Assembly (NCBI GenBank): GCA_044892525.1
Contig: CM097885.1
Location: forward strand, 24,554,001 to 24,618,000
Direction of reading: 5' to 3'
DNA: 64,000 nt
Source of the DNA: Schmidtea polychroa
Lineage: Eukaryota
Positions 11,436 through 22,419 of the stretch are shown in pieces (the first letter of the stretch is position 1; every line of letters starts with the position of its first letter). The position numbers and the translations under genes are program-made. The notes under the pieces were generated by a model. The model saw nothing but the letters and a program-made list of their open reading frames with translations. It did no database searches and was not told where the DNA came from.

Positions 11436-12791
11436 CTATCGTATTTCTATTGTTGGTCCTTCCTCGTCTAGTTCGATTAGGAAGAATATAGTGTCCTTTT
11501 CTATGTAGGAACCGTCATTAAACTGGTATAACTGCATAAACTCTGCTGCTCCTACTGCAGTATTAACCTCTGTAATTGGTTTATTCCGTGCTGGACTTGA
11601 TGCGTGAAAGTATATTATGTGCGTCCGTTCTCTTCCTAAGAGAGATATTCTTACTTTGTGTCGGAATGGCCAGACTATTAGGTCATCGAAGTCTCCTTTA
11701 CAGATCTGCATATATAAGGACATGCACCGATCTTTAAACTTTCCCTCGCCATTTGGAAACCATATCAATTTCATCTTGTATCCATGTTTCTTGGCGTAGA
11801 ATGGTTTGCTCACTATCGTTGTCTGGATTCCTTGCTTTGCTCGCTCCATTATTTCTGTTATTCCTTGGATTTTCCACATATATGGTAATATTGGTAGTTC
11901 CTCTGTTGTCAGTTCCTTTGCCGTCCATTTGGTTTGTAGTTTAGTTACTTCGACTAATTTGTCGTCTAATTTCAACATTCTTTGTATTACGGCTTCTCTC
12001 GTATTCTCGAAGCTTTCCTGTGAGCTCAGCATTTCTTTTATCATGATTTTATGTGATTTGAGTTCGTCTTTGACGTCTTCGATTGCCCTTGCTGTTAACT
12101 CTATTGCTCTCATCATCTTTTGCATGTGTTCGAATGTATTCTCCTCCACATGCTTCTTCATTTCTTCTGCTGGTAATTGTGCTCTACAATCGAATGTCAC
12201 CATTGGGCATTTTATTGCTTTTCTCGCGCATATCTCCCAATGTTCCTTTAATCTGACGTTGTTAATTTCTCCACACTCGTTTGGGCATCTCCCTGTATAT
12301 TCGTCGCAAATCCGTCTTTCTACTGCGTTTCGATGTTCCATTTCGATCTCTCTCCAATTAGCAGTTTCTCCGCAAAATTCACATTTTTCCGTCCGTGCTT
12401 CGCATTCTCCTTTATGTTTGGTTTTCTCTTTTCGTAAAAACTTTACTGTACATGCTTCGCATTCTAATTCTACATTTTCACATACGTCGGTATGAGCACT
12501 TAACTCCTTTACTCGACCTGTCCATTCGCATGACCTTTGAGGACATCTTATTTTTACTTCTCTGATTTCTCGGTTCATTGCTTTATCCGGTATTGTGCCA
12601 GTGGGAACCAACTTAAATGCTTCTCCACACCCTGGACAAGTTTCTCGCTTTAGCTTGGCTAATCTTATATCACACCCTCGGCACAATCTACAACCGCATC
12701 GAGTTTGACTTGCTCCAATTAATAGTCTTCTACATGCTGCATCTACAATTATAACTTTTAAATCTTGGGATTCTACTTGGTTATACTCTAT
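11436..12791 (-). CDS. TNF receptor-associated factor (TRAF): RING, TRAF zinc fingers, coiled coil, MATH
   Basis: RING-like QTRCGCRLCRGC...CPGC, DKAMNREI, CEWTG, Zn fingers, and MATH motifs WKI, SKPFY..GYKM, NGEG, KGDFDDLIVWPF. Frame is open to an ATA codon at 12791 (possibly a mutated ATG). Intronless. Confidence 0.9.
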   Translation of the reverse strand: MEYNQVESQDLKVIIVDAACRRLLIGASQTRCGCRLCRGCDIRLAKLKRETCPGCGEAFKLVPTGTIPDKAMNREIREVKIRCPQRSCEWTGRVKELSAHTDVCENVELECEACTVKFLRKEKTKHKGECEARTEKCEFCGETANWREIEMEHRNAVERRICDEYTGRCPNECGEINNVRLKEHWEICARKAIKCPMVTFDCRAQLPAEEMKKHVEENTFEHMQKMMRAIELTARAIEDVKDELKSHKIMIKEMLSSQESFENTREAVIQRMLKLDDKLVEVTKLQTKWTAKELTTEELPILPYMWKIQGITEIMERAKQGIQTTIVSKPFYAKKHGYKMKLIWFPNGEGKFKDRCMSLYMQICKGDFDDLIVWPFRHKVRISLLGRERTHIIYFHASSPARNKPITEVNTAVGAAEFMQLYQFNDGSYIEKDTIFFLIELDEEGPTIEIR

Positions 12792-13289
12792 TTATTTACA
12801 AGATTATTTACATTTTACTCCTTTCTCTTACTCATTTTACTCTGGGGGGGGGGGGGGGGGGTACTGAACTTTGATTTCAAATCTAATTCAGGTACAAAGT
12901 CGATTGTAATGGTTGTGGTTTGGTCTAACTGCATATTGCCGAGGACAGCATCTGTGTTTAATATAACTTTAGAAACTATCCTAGAGCGGATGAGCATTTG
13001 TAGCCTTGGAAACGAAAAAAAAGTCAACAGCCGAAACAATGCATTACGATTGATCTATACTCAAGGTAATTATCTATTTAAAAATGATTGCCATTATTTG
13101 AAAATTTCGTTTTAGTATTATAAAATTTTAAAAACTCTAAACATAAATTTTGTATTTTACTAATATCAACTTTTTTAAAAAATATTAACAAAAGTTTTGA
13201 TTTTACAAATATCAAAATATTTTTCAATTTGTTTAAGTGTATTAAAATAACAATTTCTTTTGAATTTTTTAAAATTTTTAATAAAATTA

Positions 13290-14786
13290 ATGACCAAGGC
13301 AGAAAATCAGAGAACAACTAAAGCATCCGACTTCAAATTTGGAAAAGAAATCGGTCATGGGTCGTTCTCAACTGTAATGATAGCTAAGGAAATTTCATCC
13401 AATAAACATTATGCTGCAAAAATTATTGATAAAGTTTTTATTTCTAAGCAGCGAATGGTTAATACTGTTATGATTGAAAAAGAAGTTCTTCGAAGAATAA
13501 ATCATCAGTTTTTTGTATGTCTCAATTATACATTCCAAGATCCAGAAAGATTGTATTTTATTATATCATATGCTGAGCGAGGAGAACTTTTATCTCATTT
13601 AACAAGACTTTCGTGTTTTGATTTAACGTGTACACAATTTTATTCCGCGGAAATAATTCTTGCATTAGAATATTTACATGGAATTAACGTTGTTCATCGA
13701 GATATAAAACCAGAAAATATTTTATTGAGTGAAAATATGCATATAAAAATTTGTGATTTTGGCAGTGCAATTATTATCGATAGACCAGATCTCAAGCCTT
13801 CTTCTTTTACAGGTACAGCTCAATTTGTTTCTCCAGAAATGCTGGGATTCAGTAAAGAAACACGTGATAATAGCAATTCAGATGAACCGAACTCTGATTC
13901 AGAGGAACATAGCGAAATTGAAGTTAAACGAACCAGTTCACCTGATAATTCTAGGGAAATATTATACCTAATGGACTTTTGGGCATTAGGATGTATCGTC
14001 TACCAAATGTTATCTGGACGAATGCCATTTCACGTCAGGCATTCACGGCATGAATACGAAATTTTCCAAAAGATCCGTGGTTTAAAATATGAGTTCCCAG
14101 TTGGGTTTGATGATACTGCTAAAGATTTTGTCTCTAAACTTCTTGTATTGAACCCACTGGAAAGATTAGGAAATCCATCCAGTGGAAAACATGCTGCTTT
14201 GAAAGCCCACCCCCTTTTCAGTTCAATTAATTTCGAAATTATCGGATCACAAAAACCTCCGTTATTACTTCCCAACATTGAACCCATAGTTCACAGTAAT
14301 TGGGACGAAATTCCTGTTGGTTTTGAAGAAGCTTGGAAATTCAATATCAAAAAAGAATTTCAAGAAATGGAAAAAGCTGATAAACAGAAATTATTGCAAA
14401 ACCAAGAAAAACTAAATCCATTTCATAGATTTGTACGAAATCGATTGATCATAAAACAAGGCATTTTGTACAAACGACGTGGATTATTTACTCGTAAAAG
14501 GATGTTTCTATTAACTGAAGGACCTCATTTATTTTATGTCGATCCCGATGCAATGCAATTTAAAAAAGAAGTCAATCTTAGCCTAATTACTGGCATAGAA
14601 GTAAAAAATGACAAAGTATTCTATATCGTTACTAAAAAGCGAACATATTTTCTTGAAGATCCTTCAGCAAAGGCTGACGAATGGAGACAGAGTATCGAAT
14701 CGATTTGTTTAGAATATTATGGATCATTTAAATTGTCCCCTGGCACTTCCACTCAAACGTCTGTAGTTACATTACCTGAATCATAA
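13290..14786 (+). CDS. PDPK1: 3-phosphoinositide-dependent protein kinase 1 (AGC kinase + C-terminal PH domain), intronless
   Basis: DFKFGKEIGHGSFSTV, HRDIKPENILL, DFGSA, SFTGTAQFVSPE; PH domain KRRGLFTRKRMFLLTEGPHLFYVDP is typical of PDK1. First ATG at 13290. Confidence 0.93.
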   Translation: MTKAENQRTTKASDFKFGKEIGHGSFSTVMIAKEISSNKHYAAKIIDKVFISKQRMVNTVMIEKEVLRRINHQFFVCLNYTFQDPERLYFIISYAERGELLSHLTRLSCFDLTCTQFYSAEIILALEYLHGINVVHRDIKPENILLSENMHIKICDFGSAIIIDRPDLKPSSFTGTAQFVSPEMLGFSKETRDNSNSDEPNSDSEEHSEIEVKRTSSPDNSREILYLMDFWALGCIVYQMLSGRMPFHVRHSRHEYEIFQKIRGLKYEFPVGFDDTAKDFVSKLLVLNPLERLGNPSSGKHAALKAHPLFSSINFEIIGSQKPPLLLPNIEPIVHSNWDEIPVGFEEAWKFNIKKEFQEMEKADKQKLLQNQEKLNPFHRFVRNRLIIKQGILYKRRGLFTRKRMFLLTEGPHLFYVDPDAMQFKKEVNLSLITGIEVKNDKVFYIVTKKRTYFLEDPSAKADEWRQSIESICLEYYGSFKLSPGTSTQTSVVTLPES

Positions 14787-15135
14787 CTTTTGTTTTTATC
14801 TAAATTTATTTGTCATATAGAAAAAATGTGAATTTGAACGGGTTTTAATATAATAATTTAATATTGGTTTGTTTTTATTTTAAATTAAATGAATAAAATC
14901 ATATATATACATATTAATAATTATAAATATAATCGCATTGTTTTAATATTGCCTTTATTTCGTAATTGATAAATTTTACGTTGTGAATGTATTTTACAAC
15001 TGATTTAAATGAAACCAATAGGAAACGAGTGGTTCGATGTCATGTGAATCTGCGTGCAACCAATCATAATTTTATGATTCACTACATTAAATTCATTTTT
15101 AAAACAAATTAAATCACTTAATTAATTTTTAGACA

Positions 15136-16590
15136 ATGTCACAATTTTATGGCGGATCCACAATATTGGCACCTCTATCGAACATCATGGGTATTCCAGT
15201 GGATCAAATTAATTTTATTGTGTGCAGTTTATTGTCAATCGGATTGGGTCAGATTATGCGACATAAATTCCCTCCTTCCAAATTCTCAGGAAGCACAAGA
15301 GGAATCATAGAAGCATTTTTTGGAATACTAATTGCTCTTTTTTGCTTTGGATACCAAGTCAAGTATTTATTGCTACAGTCAACAGTTTCCTATGTAATAT
15401 TATTATTCTTGCCTTCACAAATATCAGCGCATTTGGTAACGTATTGGTGCATGGCTTTCATGGCGGTGGTTCATTTATACAGAATGCATTACGATTACGG
15501 AGGTTATACTCTTGATATATCTGGTCCGGTTATGATTCAAACCCAAAAACTGACCAGTCTTGCATTTAATCTTCTTGATGGGCATAGAATAAATCAAGGA
15601 ATGAAACTGGATCAGAAGAATCATGAATCTCATGCTGTGAGAAAACTACCAGACGCAATTAAGTTTTTCGGTTACACATTCTACTTTCATGGTGTATTAG
15701 CGGGTCCTTTTGTATTCTATAATGAATATAAAGAATATATCACTGGATATGATGACAAGCATATCCCATGTTCTAAAAAGCAGTTATCTTCAGCACTTTG
15801 TTTATCAGTAATTCATGGATTATTAACAGCATATGTTGCACCACAGTTTCCTTATATATTTGTTTGCAGCACCGATTACCAACGGATGCATATGACTCGT
15901 CGAATAATGTTCACAATGATTTCTTTTTTCCTGGTGAGACAAAAATATTACTTTGCCTGGTCAATGGTTGAAGCCGGCGCTCTTAGTACTGGATTAGGAT
16001 ATTGCGGAAAGGATAAAAACGGGGAGAATAATTGGTCAAAAGTTAAAAATTACGATTTCATGGCAATTGAAAGCGGAAGCAGTTTGAAAGTGTTGGTAGA
16101 CGGATGGAATATCTCCACGACAAGATGGCTCAGAGAATTGATTTATGAACGAGCTCCGTTGTTCTGTCGGACGATTCTAGTCTTCACTGTCAGTGCATTT
16201 TGGCATGGATTTTATCCGGGATATTATTTGATGTTTTTGACATTTTCTCTCTTTACATTTTGCGCTAGATCCGCCCGGAAACACATTCGGCCATTGTTCG
16301 TTGTCAGTCCGATTACGCTTCAACTTTATCATGTTCTAACGAAAATTTTCACGAATTTGGCTTTGAATTACGGGCAGGGGCCATTTTATTTGCTGGAATT
16401 TCAATCGGGGCTTTTGTTTTGGAAGCCATATTACTTTTTCGGACACGTTTTGGCAATGTTCTGCGTATTGACCTTGCAGTTCCGGCCAATAATCAACGAC
16501 AAAGTCAACCAAATGAACAATGTTTTTACCAGAAAAGCCCAATATCGATTTCAGAAATTAAAGATCCATTTGCAGAATAAGTTGAGATGA
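15136..16590 (+). CDS. MBOAT-family lysophospholipid acyltransferase (MBOAT1/2-like), intronless
   Basis: Multi-TM protein with YTLDISGPVMIQTQKLTSLAF, AGP, KYYFAW, WNISTTRWLR and catalytic SAFWHGFYPGYY. Confidence 0.92.
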   Translation: MSQFYGGSTILAPLSNIMGIPVDQINFIVCSLLSIGLGQIMRHKFPPSKFSGSTRGIIEAFFGILIALFCFGYQVKYLLLQSTVSYVILLFLPSQISAHLVTYWCMAFMAVVHLYRMHYDYGGYTLDISGPVMIQTQKLTSLAFNLLDGHRINQGMKLDQKNHESHAVRKLPDAIKFFGYTFYFHGVLAGPFVFYNEYKEYITGYDDKHIPCSKKQLSSALCLSVIHGLLTAYVAPQFPYIFVCSTDYQRMHMTRRIMFTMISFFLVRQKYYFAWSMVEAGALSTGLGYCGKDKNGENNWSKVKNYDFMAIESGSSLKVLVDGWNISTTRWLRELIYERAPLFCRTILVFTVSAFWHGFYPGYYLMFLTFSLFTFCARSARKHIRPLFVVSPITLQLYHVLTKIFTNLALNYGQGPFYLLEFQSGLLFWKPYYFFGHVLAMFCVLTLQFRPIINDKVNQMNNVFTRKAQYRFQKLKIHLQNKLR

Positions 16591-18904
16591 AATTTTATTG
16601 ATTGTGATGATTTATATTAAATATTATAATTTCGTTTTATTTTTATATCGAAGAATTTTTAATAAATGCCCGTTAAATATTTGAGCTGAAATGAATTATT
16701 ATCATTAATTCGGTTTTTAATTGTTCATTTTAATAAATTTGTTTTGATTTTCGAAAATGGCGGTTATTTTAAATTTTGCTTTTAAACTATTTTCAGAATG
16801 AGAAAAATTTGGGAATCTGTAAAGAATGAATGTAAAGTTAAAAGTGAAATTTATTTTTAATTCTGAAATATATTAGTGAAAATGATTTATTAATTAGTGA
16901 CAATTTATTTGTCATTTTTGTACTTGATTGAGTAATTGAGTTGCAATTTACTTGGAATTAGAGAAATGGAATAGTTTGACAATTTTTGTGTTGTGCAGAG
17001 AATATTCTATTCATTAAAATTAGGTCTAAGCTATTTGTGCTGCTCTTCCATACAACACATACAAATGCAAATGTTGATATTTATTTAAGCAATATTTATG
17101 GGTTTCTAAAACTACCAGATTATTAAAAATTGTAGGACAAGGCAAATTTGCAAAATCATATAAATGATAAAAAAAATAAATAAGAAAATATTATTTATAA
17201 TTACATAATAATCACATTACATTTTAATAAGCTTATTTTCGTTAATATATAAATACGAAACCGGAACAATGCCAGCTGAGAATAAAAATAGAATGAGACT
17301 TATTTTAGTGGATCTAATAGTACAAAATATGACAGTCAGTGTGTAAATGTTTCTTCGTGCAGCCTTTAAATGCCATAAAATCTAATACGTAATTTATGAC
17401 CGCCCCCCAGCTTGTGCCGTAATAATTAATAATCACGTGATTAAGTCTTCATATCTAAATTCATTTCAACAATAAAACAAATAATAACAATTATTAATAA
17501 GTAATTCGCAATTTCATGACCCAATGCATAATAATGCATTATTCATCACAAGTCATCTCATATCTCATATGGATCAAAATTCAAGACTTAAAATTTACTT
17601 AAAATTAAATATCTTACCTGAAAGCCATTTCTAAAATGGCTAAAATAAATTACCAAAAAACATTCATTGGTAAATTGGTGAGTGAATTGCTTTTACGCCA
17701 ACCATCACTATAGAGAACGTACCTCAGTGGTGTTTGGTGTAAAACACATCCGTAATTGGTATCATAATTTTAATCAAACAATTGAAATTTATTTTAAAAA
17801 AAATATTTAAATTAAATTGAGTAGTGTTGGAATAACCTTATTCAATTTCTACATGAAAATATCTAATTGCCTTAAAAAATTAAAATCTCAATTGTGTTTG
17901 AAATTTTACAATGAGAATAAATTTAAACAATAAATAATTATTTCTGACTCCATTTGTCCTGCATTAAAACTTTAAAATTAATTTTCAAATAACAATAGTC
18001 ACAATTTTATGCCAACAATTCTTTTTTTATTAGAACGTTAATTCTAGTTTAATATTTCTTCGACTTTTCTTCGATAATCCTGGCAATTCTAACTGAATCA
18101 CATTCCTTTTTATTGGACGTACCCTCATCCACCATTTCTCATTAGTGAGATTTTCTGAAACTAATTAAATTATTATTTTCTATAAATAAAATATTAAAAA
18201 ATTAATTAAAATATAAAATATTGTTGGGTATTAATTAAGATAATAATGAAAACTTTTATTGATACGCACTCTGAATCCAATCGTGTTCTTGGTTATCAAA
18301 TTAACGAACTCCCAACACCAAATAAATTTATTAATATCACAAATTACAAAAACAAAAAAATAACACTAAGGTCCAAAATTTGTAAATAAATTGTAAGCAA
18401 TTATAGAACTTATAGCAATTATAAGCAACGGCTATTAAATGCAATGCTGAAATGACCCTGCCATTAAAATAGTTATCCTTTGCCATCTTATTATCATTAA
18501 AATTTGATAAAAACTCCGATTAGTCGACTGAGATTTAAAAAATATTTTTGTAAGTACCCTTGTGTCTACATTTTCTCGTCATGTTTCTTTACCATATTCC
18601 CCAGTTAAGAATGGTTCAAATAATCATTTCCCTCATGCCCATCTTCAAATTTAACATTTAGGAAATGATTCAAGGAGCGATTTGGATGTTCAAAATTTTA
18701 TTTTTGAACCCATTTCAGAAAACAGTTTAAATAAGTACTTTTTAAAATTAATTTCGATCTCTGCGTATCTTCTTTTACTTTAGGTTTATAAGTTAATGTT
18801 TAAAATTATTCTTTAAATTTTATTTATTTTTACTATTTGGTTATATTCAGATCAATTTCCTTATTTCGATTCACCCTAAAATAACTTCGAGGTGAGAAGT
18901 ATTT

Positions 18905-19085
18905 TTACTCTTTCTATATAATAACTTCGCTGATGTTTGTATGTGCCACGCAAATTTTGTGGGGCCAAATTAACCTTTATCGGATTGAGCTGAAATTTGA
19001 CAAGTAGATTAGATGTCGAGAACACTGCACGCTACCAAAATTTATGAACGATCCGATCACGGAAAGTGGGTTAATTAAAAAAATA
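18905..19085 (+). repeat. Dispersed non-autonomous repeat, possibly Helitron-like; related copy at 38640-38800
   Basis: Shared core ATGTTTGTATG.GCCAC.CAAAT...AAATTAAC...ATCGGAT..AGCTGAAATTTG...GTCGAGAACA. Confidence 0.5.
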
Positions 19086-19599
19086 TTGATATGTCAAATC
19101 TAGTGTTATCTCCTTTTTTCAATATAAATTCTCATCTATTCATTAACGCCGAATTAAAGAGATAACGTAATTATATCTAAAATATGTTGAAATTAAGAGA
19201 TGGTGGAAAGATGTTGGTAAGAAATATGTTGATATAGAGAGTTTATAGTTGATTCTTAAATAATTCATTTATTTATTATAAAACCCCACCAATATAACAT
19301 ATTCATTCCTCTATAAAATTAGACAATTAATAACAGAAAAAAATATTAATTAGAGAAAAGGAAAAAAATATTTTCGCATTTAAATTAAAATGGCAAAATC
19401 AAAAACTTGCTTTAAATGAAGAGACTCATTGAAAAGTATGGACTGATTGGTTTTGAGGCCAGTGCTGTATCTCAATGGTGGAAAGACATTGAGTAGAGAG
19501 TAGGTAAATTCTTTAATTTGAAATTCAAAGAACATTTAAATTCAAAATATAATTATTAAACCAAAAGGTTCAAATTAAATAAAATTTTAATTAATATAA

Positions 19600-19790
19600 C
19601 TTTAAACAGTTAAATGATAAGTTAGGTCTTTTGCTGCGAAGTATATATTTAATAAAATCAAAGAATTTTCAACTATAAAAATTCTTTAATTTTATCAAAT
19701 ATATACTTCACAGCAAAAGGCTTAAATCATCATTTAATTGTTTATCAATTAATTAATGCTGCTACCAAGAAATCATCACTTTATAATAAT
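19600..19790 (-). repeat. Palindromic fragment of the Helitron-like family at 52029-52390
   Basis: Long hairpin CTTTTGCTG...CAGCAAAAG plus TGCTGCTACCAAGAAAT, the inverse of ~52124-52140. Confidence 0.55.
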
Positions 19791-22419
19791 ATAACTTTAA
19801 CAATATTTAAATTTTACTTAATTATTTAAGTTACAGAACTATTACTACTTATTAATTAATTTTAACTATTTATTGGGTTGTTAAATTAAAATGACGTAAT
19901 TAAAAATGGAATATTGAAAAATTCAAAATCAAGAGATCAACAAATTATCGAATTAAAATTTGAAAAACGGGTCAGATGCAAATGAGATGATGGGAAAGAT
20001 CATGGTGAGAACGGTTTCATCAAAATATATCCAGGTAGGGTCAAAACACAGGAAAACGAACAAAACAGAAAATTGTTAAATAACTAATTAATTAAGGACA
20101 ACCCGAGTTAAGTAAACAAAGTAGATTCCGGAAAAAAATTATCATGAAAACACGAGTAATAGTAAAAGGCAAAGAAATTATCACAATGGAGATGCACGGT
20201 GGGTCAATTAATTATTTCTTTCGAAAAAGAAAAGATGAAAAGGCCGAGAGGCAAAGCTTGTCAAAAAGAGACCATATAGTTGAAATACCTTAATCAATGC
20301 GATTATTTTAACTATATAAGGGAGCTCAAATTAAGAAACAATTGGCATTTTGCCTCAGGTAGGGAAGAAGAAATCGACAGTAAGGCAAAAAAGGAAAAAT
20401 TAAAGATAGAAGTTAGAACTGGCGGAAAAGTAAAACAAGTGATTATTAGTGCAGAACGTGCTGAGCCAGAGCGGTTACAGCGAGACTTATTGAATAGTCA
20501 GAATATACATAGTATTGCGATATTAGGAGTTTTGTAAATTGTAGTTTATACGAATTTGATCACAACTATAAGTTGAGTGTTGTTTAGCAAATTATTTTTT
20601 ACAGAACGCATGGATAAAACAATCAAAAGACGAAAACTCGATACATTCAACTTAAGACTCGTCGAAATAAGGATAGAAATTGTCTCTCAATGAACAAGGA
20701 AATTTTTTGCAAGAAGATAATATTATGATTGGAAGAGGTTTAGATTAATTAAGAATCATTGACCACCCAAAGATGGAACATGATTTGAAAAAATCCCTTC
20801 AGATTATCAAAATAGATATTTCAAAATAAAATATTAGGAAATTAGAATTGCCAAATTCCTCATTGGATAAATCAAGAATATTAATATACTAAATGAAAAA
20901 CTCCAAAATTCAATTTTGTATTCAAATGAAGTTTGAAAAGAATGAGGAAATTCAAGTTATATATATGTCAAATCGTGCTTTTCCAAGTTGATGAAGGTAT
21001 TTAAAGTTTAATTGAAAACCTTTTGGTACTAAAAACTAGGAAGCAATTGAATTCTAAATAGAATAACGGAAATAGCTAGTTTGTATTTTTGTAATTACGT
21101 TATTTAGAGACTCCCCATCGACTTATAATTATTAAATTCATATTTATCTTTTCCTCTGTTATCTTTTCATACTTCACCAGTGCAAGTATTAATTTTTCCA
21201 TTTATACTTCAATTATTTTTTGAATTGCTTTGCACCCGAATCTCTGTTTATTCAAATTGTATCATATTCATTTTTATAACCCCAATATTTTTTTCGAGGT
21301 TTTTTATACATCATTTCCATTTGATTTTTTGTCGTATTTGTGTTATAAGCTCTCAACACAGTAAAAAAAACGACAATTTTAAAGTATTTTAATCCAACCT
21401 TTTTAAAATACGAAATATTTTGTAAATTTTATATTTAAATACGTTTTTTAATGTTTTAAATATTTTCCGAATAATTTTAATTTTTAATATATTTTTTACA
21501 ACTAAATCTTTTATATTGTTTAATATTTTTTATAGCTTAGACTCTAAGCCTTAGACCTCATTTGTATTCATCTCATGTAAATGTTACACAATCAATTTTT
21601 AATAAGATGACCACATAAAGTTATTTTCATGTAGAGAATAAAGAATTTTCACATTGAAAATGTTTCCAATATTTTCTTTAAAAATATTTAGGTTCATAGT
21701 TCTGATCATTTTACCGGACCTTGAATATTTAAAAAAATTATTTTATTTTATATAATAAACGGAGATTAATATACTATTTAACATTTTAACACTTAAAAAA
21801 TTTTTTTAAATTTCAAATTGTGTTTACACATTTTTAAAATTTTAAAAGGACTTCATAATTGTATGAACTTAATTTTGCGATCTACGTGACTTATTATGTA
21901 TTGGAGTATAATATAATAGTTTTTTATATGAAAATTAACGTTTAAACTTAAATAAGATAAAGTTAAACATGAATTTAATTTACAAGTGTAAAATTTCAAG
22001 TGGTTGAAATTCGTAATTAATTGTAGCTTATTGAAATTATCAATTTTTATTTATAAAAATATTATATTTACCGTCTGAATTAACTTGAAATAAAAATGTC
22101 AAATAAGTTCCGTTTCATTCTTTTTGTTTAATTATATCAAATTTCTTATTTCCATAGAAATAAAGCTTAATTTGAAATAAAATTTTAATTTATTTTGTGA
22201 AATATTTATCAATAAGTTCAAATACTTGAATTTTCAAGGTAATAAAATAAATTTAAATTTAATTGTTTTTTTTTAATATAAAATTTAATACCATGCATTG
22301 TTTGATAATCTATAAAAAAGCGAATGTTTTAATATTAAATATTTATTTCAAAATCAATAATTGCATAGATATAATCTATCAATATATTTTTATATATTCT
22401 GTTAAAATATGAGCCAAAA

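Noticed and set aside
6455..12495. Hydrophobic plus-strand ORFs over the cassette
   Set aside because: Antisense shadows of A-rich minus-strand genes.
13260..13289. TTG start of the PDK1 ORF
   Set aside because: Eukaryotic gene; the ATG at 13290 is the plausible start.
17560..18720. Possible minus-strand exons (splice-like sites at ~17615, ~18155, ~18268, ~18555)
   Set aside because: No coherent frame or recognisable protein could be assembled.
19900..21050. Purine-rich decayed coding-like stretch including ORF 20280-20537
   Set aside because: Probably an old TE relic, but no diagnostic motif was found.
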